Origin: a virus
Strand: one strand, 5' to 3'
IMG/VR virus record: IMGVR_UViG_3300009130_000014
Location: 1-64,000 of that record
Length of the DNA: 64,000 nucleotides
Positions 49,353 to 60,051 of the stretch are shown piece after piece. The first letter of the stretch is position 1, and every line of letters begins with the position of its first letter. The notes beneath the pieces were generated by a model. That model searched no databases. It was given only the letters and a program-made list of their open reading frames with translations, and was not told the DNA's origin. Made by a program: the position numbers and the translations under genes.

Positions 49353-52300
49353 ATGGCTGCATGTCCTAATAAAAATAGTGAAGAGTGGAAAGAATTAGTA
49401 GATAAAGTAGGTAGTGAAATAGAAGCTACTTACTTATTTATTAAAAATAATTACGAAATACCTTCAGATCCTGATGAGGTAAGAACGACAGAAGGATATG
49501 ATTTTTCATCTTCTGCAAGAGAAGAAGTCTTTGAATTTAATAAGATAGTGAATGTTAGAGATCAGCTTCTTCAAGCATTGGGTGCAAAATATAATGCACA
49601 TAAAGGAACAGATAATAAGCAATACCTGACAGATTTAAAGAAACTTATTGAAGATTTTAAGAAAGCAGATATTGAAGCAGGTATGCATATATTTTTAAAT
49701 AATGCTCATTCTAAATTAGAATCGTTAGATAAGAAAATGTCTGCTCAAAACAATGACTTAGGAGTTCTGCATACTATGAATAGCTTTGCGGGAACTTTTG
49801 GATTAATAGATCAAATAACCCCGTATTTAGATAATCCTATATTAGAGTTTGATGAAGAAACTAAAAAGAGTATTACAAGCATTAATGGTAAAGTAAAAAG
49901 ATTACATTCTAAATATATAGGATATGCTAGAAAAACATTAGTTCATAGGTTAGCAGCAGAAAGTACTATTGAAAGAACTAAGAGAAAAGAAAAATTAAAA
50001 AAAGATTTTGTTAAAAATAACCCTAGAAAAGATTCAGGGTTAAATGAATCAGATTACATAAAAGCTCAAACTGATTATGTAGAAAAGGCATTAAATGATC
50101 TAGCTAATGATATACGACAGGCTGAAATAGAGCGTATTAGAGAATTACTTGTTTTGGCTCCAGATGATATTGATACTATTACAAAGAATATAATGGATCC
50201 GAGAGGAGTAAATGAATCTATTATACAGTTAACTGTAAAAATGTTAGATAAAGCAGACTTTGATGCCAAAGAATCTTTTATAAACAGCAGAAGATCAGCA
50301 TTATCTGTATGGGAAAAGTTCAAGGATTCTAGAAATGCAGGAGGGGTTATTACAGATCAAAAGAAATTATACGAAGATATAATAGAAAAGATCGACGGAA
50401 AAGAAACTCAATATTATACAAGACCTTTATTTTCAACTTATTATATAGCAAAAGATGAGATGTGGGAAGAATATAATAAATTGAAAGATGAAGGTAAGAA
50501 GAAAGAAGCTAAAAAGGTTTTAAAAGATTGGAAAAATAAATATCTTATTGACAAGAAAGGGAAGTTCATACCTTCTAATACAAAACCTGAATTTCATAAT
50601 CCTCAGTATAAAACTATATATTCAGACTCTACTAAAAAGGAAATGTATAATTTTTTAGTAGCATTTAATAACGAATCTGATTCTATGGTTAGAGGGAAAA
50701 ATAAATTAGAATATAAATTACCTTCTATCTCACAAAGAACAGCAGAGAAAATAATAGACTCCGAAGGAGGTATTATTGAAGTAGGAAAAGAATGGTGGAA
50801 AGATTCTGTTCAAGGGAGAATAGATGATGAACAATTCGGTAATATAGAACAGAATGAAGACGGCACTATTAAAGTATTAACTGATCAATTTGGAAAACCT
50901 CTTAAGAGAATAGCAGTTCCTTTTAGAGGTGATATTGAAATAACAAATCAATCTTATGATTTAATGGGAATGAGTCTTACTAATAGATATGCTTCTTTAA
51001 ATTTTAAAGAAAAAGATGCTATTAAGAAAGACCTAGAAGTGCTTTCTGATGTGGTTTCAGAAAGAGATGTTCGAAAGACATCTGGTGATAAAGTCATAAT
51101 GAAAACACTTAGCTCGATACCGGGAATATCAACAGAAGAAATAAACGACGTGGTAGATACTATTCCCGGAAGAGATTCTAACACTTTTGAATTACTTACT
51201 AGCTTGTTGGAAGATCGTTTATATGGAAAACATCGAGCAGCTATATCTGAAATGGATATTAAATTAGATAAACTTTCAGATAAAGCAATACAAGCTTCTT
51301 CTCATATGATGCTGATAGCCAATCTGTTAGGAGGAACTTCCAATTTAATTGCAGGTAAAACTATGAACTTTCTGGAATCTACCAGATCTATTCATTTTAA
51401 TACTAAGAATTTAGCTAAGGCTGAGGAATTATATTGGGGTGATATAGGAGGAATAGTGAGGGATATGGGAAGCCTTGCTCCTTCTTCTATGACAGGAATG
51501 TTAATAGAAAAATTTATAGATACCTCTATGGACTTCAGCCCTCTCTCTAATCATCTGACTAAAGATACAAAATTCAAAAGGCTTTTTAATATGGGAACCT
51601 TGCATGGAATTAATAGCAGTGCTGAGCATTATATTCAAGGTTCTTTAATGTTTAGTGCCTTAGATAATATTAAGGTAGTAGATAAAGAGACTGGTAAGTA
51701 TGTAACCTCTAAAGGTCAACTTACTGATAATAGAGACGAAGCTGCGGGAATGTATTACGGATACACTTCTGAAAACGGATTAAAATGGAATCACTCATAT
51801 ACTATCGAAGGTCAGAAAGAAGTAACTCCAGAAGTAGAGCAATATGTCAATTCTAAAACAAAAGATATAATTGCGGATTTACAAGGTATGTACGACGGTA
51901 CTAATAAATCTATGATAGAAAGAGAATGGTATGGAAAACTAGCATTCTATTTACGAAAATGGATGGTTCGAGGTACGTTAAGAAGATGGAGGGGGATACA
52001 GCACGCTTCTAAAGAATTAGATGAATTAGAAGATCATCAAAGATTTTACTCTGAGTCTACTCAGGATTTTAAAGAAGGAACGTATACTAGTTTAGCTAGA
52101 TTCTTTATAAACACTCAGTCTAGAATTAGAAAGATGCAGTGGGAATTAATGAGGCAGGATTGGGATTCTCTTTCTGATATGGAAAAGGGTAATATCAAAG
52201 CAGCAGCTACAGAAATAGCTGTCATGGTAGGCTCTCTCATAGCCTCTAACTTTCTAGCAGGTTTAGCTAAAAAAGAGCCAGATGAAGAGGATAAGGAATT

Positions 52301-52631
52301 ACTGTATACATATGCATATCTTTTACTTAGAACTTCAGATGAATTAAGAATGTACACAGGTACTGACATTCCTGAAATGTCAAGAGTTATGAGATCGCCT
52401 ACTGCTACATTAAATACACTTGAACAAAGTTGGAGATCCCTTAGTCAAATATCCGAAGACTTTTTCTATAGAATACCTACAGGAGAAGGGCTAGAAGAAT
52501 ATGAAGGAGGACGTCATAAAGGAGAGTCAAAAAGCTGGGTTCAAGTTAATAGGATGATTAATCCTTTCTATAAAAATTGGTACGATAAAAACGCTCAGAA
52601 GTCATATGACTTTCTTAAAAACCCTAGATAA
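49353..52631 (+). CDS. large helical cargo protein downstream of the vRNAP
   Basis: 1092 aa; MAACPN..SEEWK start, LQGMYD...GKL.FYLRKWM...EGTY C-terminal region. Confidence 0.75.
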   Translation: MAACPNKNSEEWKELVDKVGSEIEATYLFIKNNYEIPSDPDEVRTTEGYDFSSSAREEVFEFNKIVNVRDQLLQALGAKYNAHKGTDNKQYLTDLKKLIEDFKKADIEAGMHIFLNNAHSKLESLDKKMSAQNNDLGVLHTMNSFAGTFGLIDQITPYLDNPILEFDEETKKSITSINGKVKRLHSKYIGYARKTLVHRLAAESTIERTKRKEKLKKDFVKNNPRKDSGLNESDYIKAQTDYVEKALNDLANDIRQAEIERIRELLVLAPDDIDTITKNIMDPRGVNESIIQLTVKMLDKADFDAKESFINSRRSALSVWEKFKDSRNAGGVITDQKKLYEDIIEKIDGKETQYYTRPLFSTYYIAKDEMWEEYNKLKDEGKKKEAKKVLKDWKNKYLIDKKGKFIPSNTKPEFHNPQYKTIYSDSTKKEMYNFLVAFNNESDSMVRGKNKLEYKLPSISQRTAEKIIDSEGGIIEVGKEWWKDSVQGRIDDEQFGNIEQNEDGTIKVLTDQFGKPLKRIAVPFRGDIEITNQSYDLMGMSLTNRYASLNFKEKDAIKKDLEVLSDVVSERDVRKTSGDKVIMKTLSSIPGISTEEINDVVDTIPGRDSNTFELLTSLLEDRLYGKHRAAISEMDIKLDKLSDKAIQASSHMMLIANLLGGTSNLIAGKTMNFLESTRSIHFNTKNLAKAEELYWGDIGGIVRDMGSLAPSSMTGMLIEKFIDTSMDFSPLSNHLTKDTKFKRLFNMGTLHGINSSAEHYIQGSLMFSALDNIKVVDKETGKYVTSKGQLTDNRDEAAGMYYGYTSENGLKWNHSYTIEGQKEVTPEVEQYVNSKTKDIIADLQGMYDGTNKSMIEREWYGKLAFYLRKWMVRGTLRRWRGIQHASKELDELEDHQRFYSESTQDFKEGTYTSLARFFINTQSRIRKMQWELMRQDWDSLSDMEKGNIKAAATEIAVMVGSLIASNFLAGLAKKEPDEEDKELLYTYAYLLLRTSDELRMYTGTDIPEMSRVMRSPTATLNTLEQSWRSLSQISEDFFYRIPTGEGLEEYEGGRHKGESKSWVQVNRMINPFYKNWYDKNAQKSYDFLKNPR

Positions 52632-52643
52632 CTAATCGGGATC

Positions 52644-52665
52644 TTGTATATTAATTATATATTTG
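52644..52665 (+). promoter_or_regulatory. putative Bacteroidota sigma-type promoter (-7 TAnnTTTG)
   Basis: TATATTTG at 52658-52665 with TTG at 52644, in the short intergenic gap, 3 nt before ATG 52669. Confidence 0.45.
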
Positions 52666-52668
52666 TAT

Positions 52669-53802
52669 ATGAAATTCCCGAAATTGACAAATTTAGAATT
52701 AATAAAAGTATTAGAAAGTGCTACTGAACTTTTTAGGAATAAAATCTATTACAATAGAGATTATGTAGAAAAGTACATAGGACTTAATATACATTCTTCT
52801 GGATTTTATGGTCAAAAAATAGGCGACGAGCTTGTAGCTCTTTCTAGAAATAAGACTACTTTCGATGATGATAAGGATATAAATATATTTATTCAAGGTC
52901 AAGTAGATTTAATAAGAGAGCCTATAAATAGCGGAACAGGAGAGATTACTTACTCAGGTTATGGTTATTTAATAGTCGATGATGTTATAATTTTTGATGG
53001 GAGAACAGGAAAAGGAAAGGGAAGGTCTGATATATATGTAGAATCTCTTACCGGGGAATTTGTAGAACAGTCAGTAGAAGGAATTTCTGTAGGTAACTCA
53101 ATTGATCATAGGATTGAAATGAGAAGCGGGAAGCCTCATCTTATTATAGGAGATCCTTATCAAGTTCCTTCATTTACTTCCTTCTTTATAACTTCTCAAC
53201 CTACTCTTATCGAAGCGGGAGATTTTATAGTAGGAGGGCCACGGACCTTTACTTGGACTACTAATAATAGTTCTAATGTAACGTCTGATGATATTACCAT
53301 AACAGACGTGGATGCAGCTACTGATTTAATTACAGGATCATCTAATGACGGTACTGAAACAATTGATATAGGAGGTACTATTCAATTATTAGCTGGAGAT
53401 ACACAAACATATAGAATTACTTCAAGTCAATTGCAAGGAGCAGATATATCAAGAGTATTTACAGTAGTAGCTAATTGGGCTGTTTTCTCAGGAAATAATT
53501 CATTAACGAGCCTTACAGAAGCTGATGTAGAAGCATTGGCTAATAAAGAATTAAGAAGTAATTTCATTAAAACGTTTAATCTTTCAGCAGGAGGGTATAA
53601 ATGGATATGTTATCCTACAGATTTTGGGACAGCTACTTCATTTACAGACACAGCTACTAATTTTCCTGTAGCCATGGAACCTTTCGGGGGATTAAATTAT
53701 GAATTAATAAGTATAACAAATGCTTTCGGTCAAACAATAGATTATAAATGTCATAGGACTTTAAATCAATTAGGAAGTAATATAAACATTGCAGTATCAT
53801 GA
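52669..53802 (+). CDS. putative tail/structural protein
   Basis: Track ORF 52663..53802, ATG at 52669; Thr/Ser-rich Ig-like C-terminal half. Confidence 0.7.
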   Translation: MKFPKLTNLELIKVLESATELFRNKIYYNRDYVEKYIGLNIHSSGFYGQKIGDELVALSRNKTTFDDDKDINIFIQGQVDLIREPINSGTGEITYSGYGYLIVDDVIIFDGRTGKGKGRSDIYVESLTGEFVEQSVEGISVGNSIDHRIEMRSGKPHLIIGDPYQVPSFTSFFITSQPTLIEAGDFIVGGPRTFTWTTNNSSNVTSDDITITDVDAATDLITGSSNDGTETIDIGGTIQLLAGDTQTYRITSSQLQGADISRVFTVVANWAVFSGNNSLTSLTEADVEALANKELRSNFIKTFNLSAGGYKWICYPTDFGTATSFTDTATNFPVAMEPFGGLNYELISITNAFGQTIDYKCHRTLNQLGSNINIAVS

Positions 53803-54056
53803 TAAAAAAACAATTATTAAAATTAATAGCTAAATACACTTTATCTATGTTAAAGTCTTTAAATGACAAAACAGAGGATGAGAAAAAAGAAATACTAGAT
53901 ACTTGTAATAAAATCTCAGAAGTGTCTTGGATTCTAGCAAGTCATGTTAAAGGTAAAGAGTTTTCCGATTATAATAAAAAAATTATAGCAGATCAGCTAA
54001 AGAGATGGTCAAAAGGAGAACCAACACTTAAGGACTTTAAAAGCTTATATAGATAA
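53799..54056 (+). CDS. hypothetical protein, 85 aa
   Basis: Coupled by ATGA and TAATG on its two sides. Confidence 0.7.
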   Translation: MIKKQLLKLIAKYTLSMLKSLNDKTEDEKKEILDTCNKISEVSWILASHVKGKEFSDYNKKIIADQLKRWSKGEPTLKDFKSLYR

Positions 54057-55483
54057 TGAGTAGTTTTAATAAACCAATACCGGAAATACAAGTCGGTGTT
54101 ACGGGGTTTATAACTACTACAGATAGTAGTGATACATTCGCTGTAACGCACCCTTTTTATTCAGCAGGAGGCTTTAAATATTCTGATGATATAGTAGAAA
54201 GGGACGCTATATTACCTAGTCGTCGTATACCTGAAATTACAGTAGTGTATGTGGACTCTGTAGATACGTGGTTTCAGTTACAAGGAGGGATTACTAATAC
54301 AGATTGGGTTAGTTTAGGGTCAGAGCCTTTTAATGAAACCCTTACAGGATCCGAAATTAAATCCTTATATGAAGCAGAACTTGATACTAATGCTTTTACA
54401 GATGCTGAAAAATCTAAGTTATCAGGATTGGAATCTTCTAAGTTTCTAGGATCATATATCTCTTTAGCGGCATTACAAGGAGCACATACTACTGCTTCTC
54501 CTGGTAATTATGCAGATGTTGATACAGGAGTAGGAAATGATGTACTTAGATATATTTGGGATGATGATGATAGCGAATGGGTAGAGCAAGGAGCCGGGAC
54601 AACTCTCACGGCTGCTCAAGTAAAAGTTCTATACGAAAGTAATTCAGACACTAACGCATTTACTGATTCGGACGAGACTAAGTTAAATGGGATAGAAGCA
54701 GGAGCAGAGGTTAATGTTCAGGCAGATTGGAATGAAACGGATAACACAAGTGATTCTTTCATTAAAAACAAGCCTGCTATTTCAGTTACAGATCAAGGAT
54801 ATACACCTGTAACCGATATAACAGAATTAAATGCTGCTATCGTAGATACATCTATAACTAATGTAGTTGTACAAAATATTATAACAGGATCTCTTGTAGC
54901 GAACACTTCATCTACTACTAAAGTAGTAGGTCTTCCTTTAAACTTGACATCTAGTCAAATATCAGGTACAGGTACTGTAGAGTTTTATAATGATGTAACG
55001 GCTGCTACTATGACTCTGTCTACTCCGGCTAGCGCAAAGTATAGAAATATTATAGGGGCAGTAGCGTTAACAAATACAGGAACTTTTTTATATGAGTATG
55101 CAGATTCTACTATAACTACTTCGGGTGTAGCACCTATACAGACTTATTGGGATAATACCATTAAATCAGTAGTCCCTACATTAACCGAATATGTTAGTTT
55201 ATCTGCTTCAACTGATTCTCCTGTAAGTAAGTTTAGTAGAGTATTTAAAGGTCCTGTTACAGTAGATACAGTATCTTTATCATTTAATGCAGATATATCC
55301 TCAGTTTCATTTGAAGCAAGAGAAGGTAATGGATCAGTTATAGGTTTAGCAGATCTTGCTGACTTAAGTACTTGGATAGGAGGTAACATAGCAACTAATG
55401 ATATTTGGCAAATAAGAGCGATAATAGTATTTAACGCATCCTATGTAGGTGATGGCGAATGCACATTTAAAATAGATTTATAA
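54056..55483 (+). CDS. tail fibre-like protein with an internal duplication
   Basis: Two copies of LT...IK.LYE...DTNAFTD....KL.G.E; AEVNVQADWNE...DSFIKNKP fibre motif. Confidence 0.75.
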   Translation: MSSFNKPIPEIQVGVTGFITTTDSSDTFAVTHPFYSAGGFKYSDDIVERDAILPSRRIPEITVVYVDSVDTWFQLQGGITNTDWVSLGSEPFNETLTGSEIKSLYEAELDTNAFTDAEKSKLSGLESSKFLGSYISLAALQGAHTTASPGNYADVDTGVGNDVLRYIWDDDDSEWVEQGAGTTLTAAQVKVLYESNSDTNAFTDSDETKLNGIEAGAEVNVQADWNETDNTSDSFIKNKPAISVTDQGYTPVTDITELNAAIVDTSITNVVVQNIITGSLVANTSSTTKVVGLPLNLTSSQISGTGTVEFYNDVTAATMTLSTPASAKYRNIIGAVALTNTGTFLYEYADSTITTSGVAPIQTYWDNTIKSVVPTLTEYVSLSASTDSPVSKFSRVFKGPVTVDTVSLSFNADISSVSFEAREGNGSVIGLADLADLSTWIGGNIATNDIWQIRAIIVFNASYVGDGECTFKIDL

Positions 55484-56106
55484 TGAGTAAGATTACAGTC
55501 AGAGGAATAGAGTATACAGCTACTTTTGGACTAGAAGAAAATAAAATAGAGTTTACAGAAAATAATGTAAACAAAGTATATAATTTAGAATTTATAGGGA
55601 TAAGTATCCCCCGTAAAAGTAAGGATTCTAATGGAAGTACAGGTAATGTTAAGCCTGGTTCTATAACAGCAGAATATAATTTAGAAACTTATTTTGAAGA
55701 TCAATATAACGTTCCTAAAAAAGGTGTTGTAAAATCAGATTCGGGAAGTTATGAAAAATATTATAACTCATTTAAAGGAGAAACTGGACCTAACATTCAT
55801 AAAGCAGGAATTAATTCTGTAGCTAGAGCAGAGATAGGAAAAACAGATGACCAAGCTATGTTCTTTAATCCAATTAAAGGATTTGATCCTGTACAGCCTA
55901 TTATATATGATTTAGATATCAGAGTAAACACAGTAACTATTAATGTTATCGACAAGCCTGAAGGAGATTTAAAGTATTCATTAGATGGCTTTATTACCTC
56001 TTTTGATCTTCCTCAATCTTTAAATTTACCTTCAGGGACTTATACCATGGGCATTATGCATCCGGATGACGAATTACCTTTTTATAAAGCCATAACTATA
56101 CTATAA
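55483..56106 (+). CDS. hypothetical tail-module protein
   Basis: Coupled by TAATG; LKYSLDG...NLPSGTYT Ig-like end. Confidence 0.65.
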   Translation: MSKITVRGIEYTATFGLEENKIEFTENNVNKVYNLEFIGISIPRKSKDSNGSTGNVKPGSITAEYNLETYFEDQYNVPKKGVVKSDSGSYEKYYNSFKGETGPNIHKAGINSVARAEIGKTDDQAMFFNPIKGFDPVQPIIYDLDIRVNTVTINVIDKPEGDLKYSLDGFITSFDLPQSLNLPSGTYTMGIMHPDDELPFYKAITIL

Positions 56107-58334
56107 TGGAAAGAAAGTCTATCGATAGATACAATGATGATTTTTATTTAGACTTCGACGGGTCAAATTATCTTCAGGGATCAACTGACGTTAGTGGGTC
56201 GTTAGACGGAAGTAATAGTTGGTCTGTATCTTGGTTAGACTTATTAGATAGATCTGCTTCTGTAGGTGTTACTTCATTAGATCAATCTTCTCATACAGTA
56301 TTTACTAATGTAGCAGGTACTAATGGTATTAGTATTACTCATAGGGTAATAACAATAACTAGAGCTGATATTCTTGTTGTAATGATAAATAATGGATCGG
56401 CAGTCATAAGGTTTTTTAATGATGTAAGATTAAGAACAGATAATGTAACAGTCGAACATTTAGTATTAAATTATGACCACACTACAAATACAGGATCATT
56501 ATATGTAGATGGAAGATTACATCAAAGCTTATCTAATTTTGCTCCATCAAACTTTGCATCTACTCAAGGAATTAGATTAGGTGCTGACTTTACACCTAAC
56601 AGGTTAAGAGTAGGTAGTTTAAGAGATGTTATGATATTTGATAAAGCATTATCAGAAAATGAGATTGAATATATTTATACCACTGCAACACCTCCAAATA
56701 CGGCTTATTCTAATTTACAACATTATTACCCATTAAATCAAATGCCGTATGAAAATGGAGGTAATTATTTTGTAGACGGTGTTGCTCATTTATATAATCA
56801 ATCAGCATCAGTAGAATCTTTAGAATTAAATGGATGGGCTTCTGATGAAATAGGTGTTTCTAATGTGACTCAAATTAGTGCATTTAGGGACTTTAAAACT
56901 AAAGGGAGATATTTTGGAATAGGGCTAGATTATAAAGAAAACGCACAATATGGAGCAACTTATAATACAGTAAACGGTTCTGATTTTAATAACGGATATA
57001 CTGTAATTATTAAATGTATTCCTGACACTCTGGGAAGTCCAAAGGGAGATATTATGTTTATGGATTCAACCATAGGTACAGGACAAAATAACTACTTTTT
57101 TATTGATAGTGCTGGCTTTAATGCTAAATTTGACGATCCTCAACCAGGACCTCCTACAGGAAATGAGATGATCTCAAGTAATTACAATCCTACAAAAGAT
57201 AATGTTTTTGTGGTAACGGCATCTCCTACTTCATCGGGAACATTTGAACTATTTATAAATGGAAGAAAAGATCAAAGCTCAGACGATGGGTGGGTTTATA
57301 ATGCTCCTGATACATCTCTTTATATAGGGTCTAATCCTCCTAGTAGTATTAAAGGAATTTTTTATGTAGCAGTTTTTAATTCCGTACTCACAGATAATCA
57401 AATTTCTACTTATAGCGAATCTGATAATTGGTTAGAATTAAACCCTTATATGATGTGGTGTAGTGAAAATGATGGGACTAAATTGATAGATATAAGCGGA
57501 AACGGAAGAGATGCTATAATACAAAATTCTACAGCGTTTAACAATAATCAAACTTACATAAGTTATAAAGGAGGTAATTCTAATTATAAAAAAGGTTTGA
57601 ATTTTGATAGTGCTAAGGGGCAGTATCTAGAAGTAACAGGCTTAGAAGCATTTGGAAACTCTGGAGGATATACTTTTCTTGTAGGAGTAGAATCTGATGC
57701 TATCAGTAATCAACAAAACGTCTTTGGATTTTTCGGAGATGAAGGAGTTTTTAGAGGATTTGAGATCATTAAACCTTCTAGTACTACAACTAGATATGAT
57801 TTTATATCTCCTAATATAACCGGACGTTCTTTACTTTCTCTTAATGGAGTAGATGTTTCTAAAGATAATTTTCTATCTTACTATACAGGAGACAACAGCT
57901 ATATAAGTCCTTATAGTTCATCACCTTTAAGCAAAATAGCAGATGTAAATGTATCTCAAAATTACTCTTCAGGTATAGATAGTAATCCTTTAGGACTAGG
58001 TTTTGATGAAATAACCAATCCTATATTTAATATAGGGGCTAGATCATCTAGTCAACACTATCTTAATGGAAAAATTACTTTCTTTTGTATTATTAAAGAG
58101 TCTATAACAAAGGAACAAGAAAAAACAATATTTAATAATGGCAATTATAGATCACCATACGAAGTAATAGAAGATAGATCTAGGATTATCCTAGATGTAG
58201 ATTTTCAAAATCCATTTGATGTTGGAGGTACTATAAAGTTTAAAGATAGGAGTGGTAATTGTGAAATAATAGCTAACCAAAATACAGGTACAGATTGGGA
58301 TACATTAGCAGGAGTACAAGCAAGTATAGATTAA
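56106..58334 (+). CDS. LamG/concanavalin A-like repeat protein, candidate receptor-binding protein
   Basis: YLDFDGSNYL...LYVDG...LRDVMIFDKALSENEI, with further LamG-like units (LFING...VFNSVLTDNQI; GLNFDS...YLNGKI). Confidence 0.75.
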   Translation: MERKSIDRYNDDFYLDFDGSNYLQGSTDVSGSLDGSNSWSVSWLDLLDRSASVGVTSLDQSSHTVFTNVAGTNGISITHRVITITRADILVVMINNGSAVIRFFNDVRLRTDNVTVEHLVLNYDHTTNTGSLYVDGRLHQSLSNFAPSNFASTQGIRLGADFTPNRLRVGSLRDVMIFDKALSENEIEYIYTTATPPNTAYSNLQHYYPLNQMPYENGGNYFVDGVAHLYNQSASVESLELNGWASDEIGVSNVTQISAFRDFKTKGRYFGIGLDYKENAQYGATYNTVNGSDFNNGYTVIIKCIPDTLGSPKGDIMFMDSTIGTGQNNYFFIDSAGFNAKFDDPQPGPPTGNEMISSNYNPTKDNVFVVTASPTSSGTFELFINGRKDQSSDDGWVYNAPDTSLYIGSNPPSSIKGIFYVAVFNSVLTDNQISTYSESDNWLELNPYMMWCSENDGTKLIDISGNGRDAIIQNSTAFNNNQTYISYKGGNSNYKKGLNFDSAKGQYLEVTGLEAFGNSGGYTFLVGVESDAISNQQNVFGFFGDEGVFRGFEIIKPSSTTTRYDFISPNITGRSLLSLNGVDVSKDNFLSYYTGDNSYISPYSSSPLSKIADVNVSQNYSSGIDSNPLGLGFDEITNPIFNIGARSSSQHYLNGKITFFCIIKESITKEQEKTIFNNGNYRSPYEVIEDRSRIILDVDFQNPFDVGGTIKFKDRSGNCEIIANQNTGTDWDTLAGVQASID

Positions 58335-58335
58335 A

Positions 58336-58689
58336 ATGAGAAGAAATATTTACATAAGATATGTAGGTGGCCATAACAATAAATATTGGGTTACTACAAA
58401 AAATACAGAAGTTACTTTAAGTAATGGAGACAATATAGTCATCCCTAAAGGATTTTTATGGGATTTATCTTCAGTACCTAAGTTTTTATGGGGTATTTTT
58501 CCTCCTTTTGGGGATTTTCTTATAGCCTCTTTAGTACATGATTATTTATATGTAAACAAGCAATATTCAAGAGCTTTTGCGGATAAAGAAATGTTATACT
58601 TTAGCAATAAATATAATTCTAATAAGATAGATAATTATCTTAGATATGTAGCAGTTAGATTATTTGGTTTTACTTATTGGAATAAATAA
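58336..58689 (+). CDS. DUF1353-family protein
   Basis: IVIPKGFLWDLSSVPKFLW...ASLVHDYLY...SRAFAD...AVRLFG. Confidence 0.85.
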   Translation: MRRNIYIRYVGGHNNKYWVTTKNTEVTLSNGDNIVIPKGFLWDLSSVPKFLWGIFPPFGDFLIASLVHDYLYVNKQYSRAFADKEMLYFSNKYNSNKIDNYLRYVAVRLFGFTYWNK

Positions 58690-58701
58690 TAAATAAAAGA
58701 T

Positions 58702-59331
58702 ATGAAATATACAATATTATTAGATAATGGACATGGAGGTATGGTAGATGGTAAGTATTCCACTTGTCCAGACTGGACAGATAACCCTAAAACATGGCAT
58801 AAAATGCATGTCCATGAAGGTGTGCCTTTATACGAAGGTGTTTTTAACAGAGACGTAGTAGACGAAATTGCTGCTGAATTATGGAAAAGGGACATTAAAT
58901 ATGTATTAATAAATCCGGAAAGTAAAGATATCAGTTTAAAGGAAAGGGTGAAAAGAGCTAACGATTTCTATAAAGATAATAAAAATTGTATATTTGTTAG
59001 TATACATGGTAATGCATTTAACACCTCGGCTAAAGGGTTTGAAATCTTTACAAGTAAAGGAGATACTCCTGCTGATCCTATAGCAGAATCTATATCTATT
59101 GAAATGAGCAAGGCATTTCCTAGTAGAGTAATGAGATGGGATTTATCAGACGGAGATAGAGATAAAGAGGCTAATTTTTATGTTTTAAAACATACAGACA
59201 TGCCTGCAATACTATCTGAGAATTTCTTTTTTGATAATCCTAGCGATGCGAAGTTAATGATGTCGGAAAGAGGGATAGAAAAAATCGCATTAGCTCATGT
59301 AGAAGGAATAATTAAAGCTTTAAAAAACTAA
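58702..59331 (+). CDS. endolysin, N-acetylmuramoyl-L-alanine amidase (Amidase_3)
   Basis: ILLDNGHGG, E..FN, SLKERVKRAN, FVSIHGNA, FYVLKHTDMPAILSENFF. Confidence 0.95.
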   Translation: MKYTILLDNGHGGMVDGKYSTCPDWTDNPKTWHKMHVHEGVPLYEGVFNRDVVDEIAAELWKRDIKYVLINPESKDISLKERVKRANDFYKDNKNCIFVSIHGNAFNTSAKGFEIFTSKGDTPADPIAESISIEMSKAFPSRVMRWDLSDGDRDKEANFYVLKHTDMPAILSENFFFDNPSDAKLMMSERGIEKIALAHVEGIIKALKN

Positions 59332-59335
59332 TGAA

Positions 59336-59569
59336 ATGGAAGAAGGTCTGATTAAAAATCTCATAACATATTTGATAGTAGGGGCAACTATGCTATTAGA
59401 AGAGTTTATAAAACATCCTATAGGTAGCATTGCTGCCATATTAGGTATATTATATACATATGAAAGAATAAAGACTCAGCGTTTAATTAGTAAAAGAGAG
59501 AAAATAGGTTTAGAAAACGATAAAAAAAGATATAATGGAAGCACTATTAAAGGTACTAAAAAGGGTTAA
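59336..59569 (+). CDS. putative holin / membrane protein
   Basis: Two hydrophobic segments and a basic tail; follows the endolysin. Confidence 0.55.
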   Translation: MEEGLIKNLITYLIVGATMLLEEFIKHPIGSIAAILGILYTYERIKTQRLISKREKIGLENDKKRYNGSTIKGTKKG

Positions 59570-59762
59570 ATCAGGACCTAAGACCACATTTGGAGGAGCG
59601 GCATTAACTTTATTTGCTCTATATTTAATATACTCTTCTGAAGCCACTTTAACATGGGTTTCTTTAGAAGCAGGATTATTTATAATAGGAATAATTTTAT
59701 TTTTCAGTAACGATATAACACCTTCTAAAGAAGAAAACGATGAAGAAACTACTAATAAGTAA
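59535..59762 (+). CDS. putative holin (two TM segments)
   Basis: PKTTFGG followed by two TM helices. Confidence 0.55.
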   Translation: MEALLKVLKRVKSGPKTTFGGAALTLFALYLIYSSEATLTWVSLEAGLFIIGIILFFSNDITPSKEENDEETTNK

Positions 59763-60051
59763 TCTTATAATTTTATTTATAACTATATTTTTTGTAATAT
59801 TAAACTTTAAAGATTCATCTTATATGGAAAAAAGTAAAGTTAATATAGATTCCTTAATTTTAGCACATGATGCCGCATTAAAAGATATGTTAAAAACTAC
59901 AGATTCCTTAAAAAGAAAAAAGAAGTTAAATGACATAGAAATAGATTCGACATTATCTGATCTTATTAACAATACTAATATTCAAGTAACAGATGGTACA
60001 ATAACAGAAGCATTATTATGGATAGAAGATTACAACGATTCTTTGCAGTAG
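59740..60051 (+). CDS. putative i-spanin-like protein
   Basis: N-terminal TM plus a coiled coil, within the lysis cassette. Confidence 0.5.
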   Translation: MKKLLISNLIILFITIFFVILNFKDSSYMEKSKVNIDSLILAHDAALKDMLKTTDSLKRKKKLNDIEIDSTLSDLINNTNIQVTDGTITEALLWIEDYNDSLQ

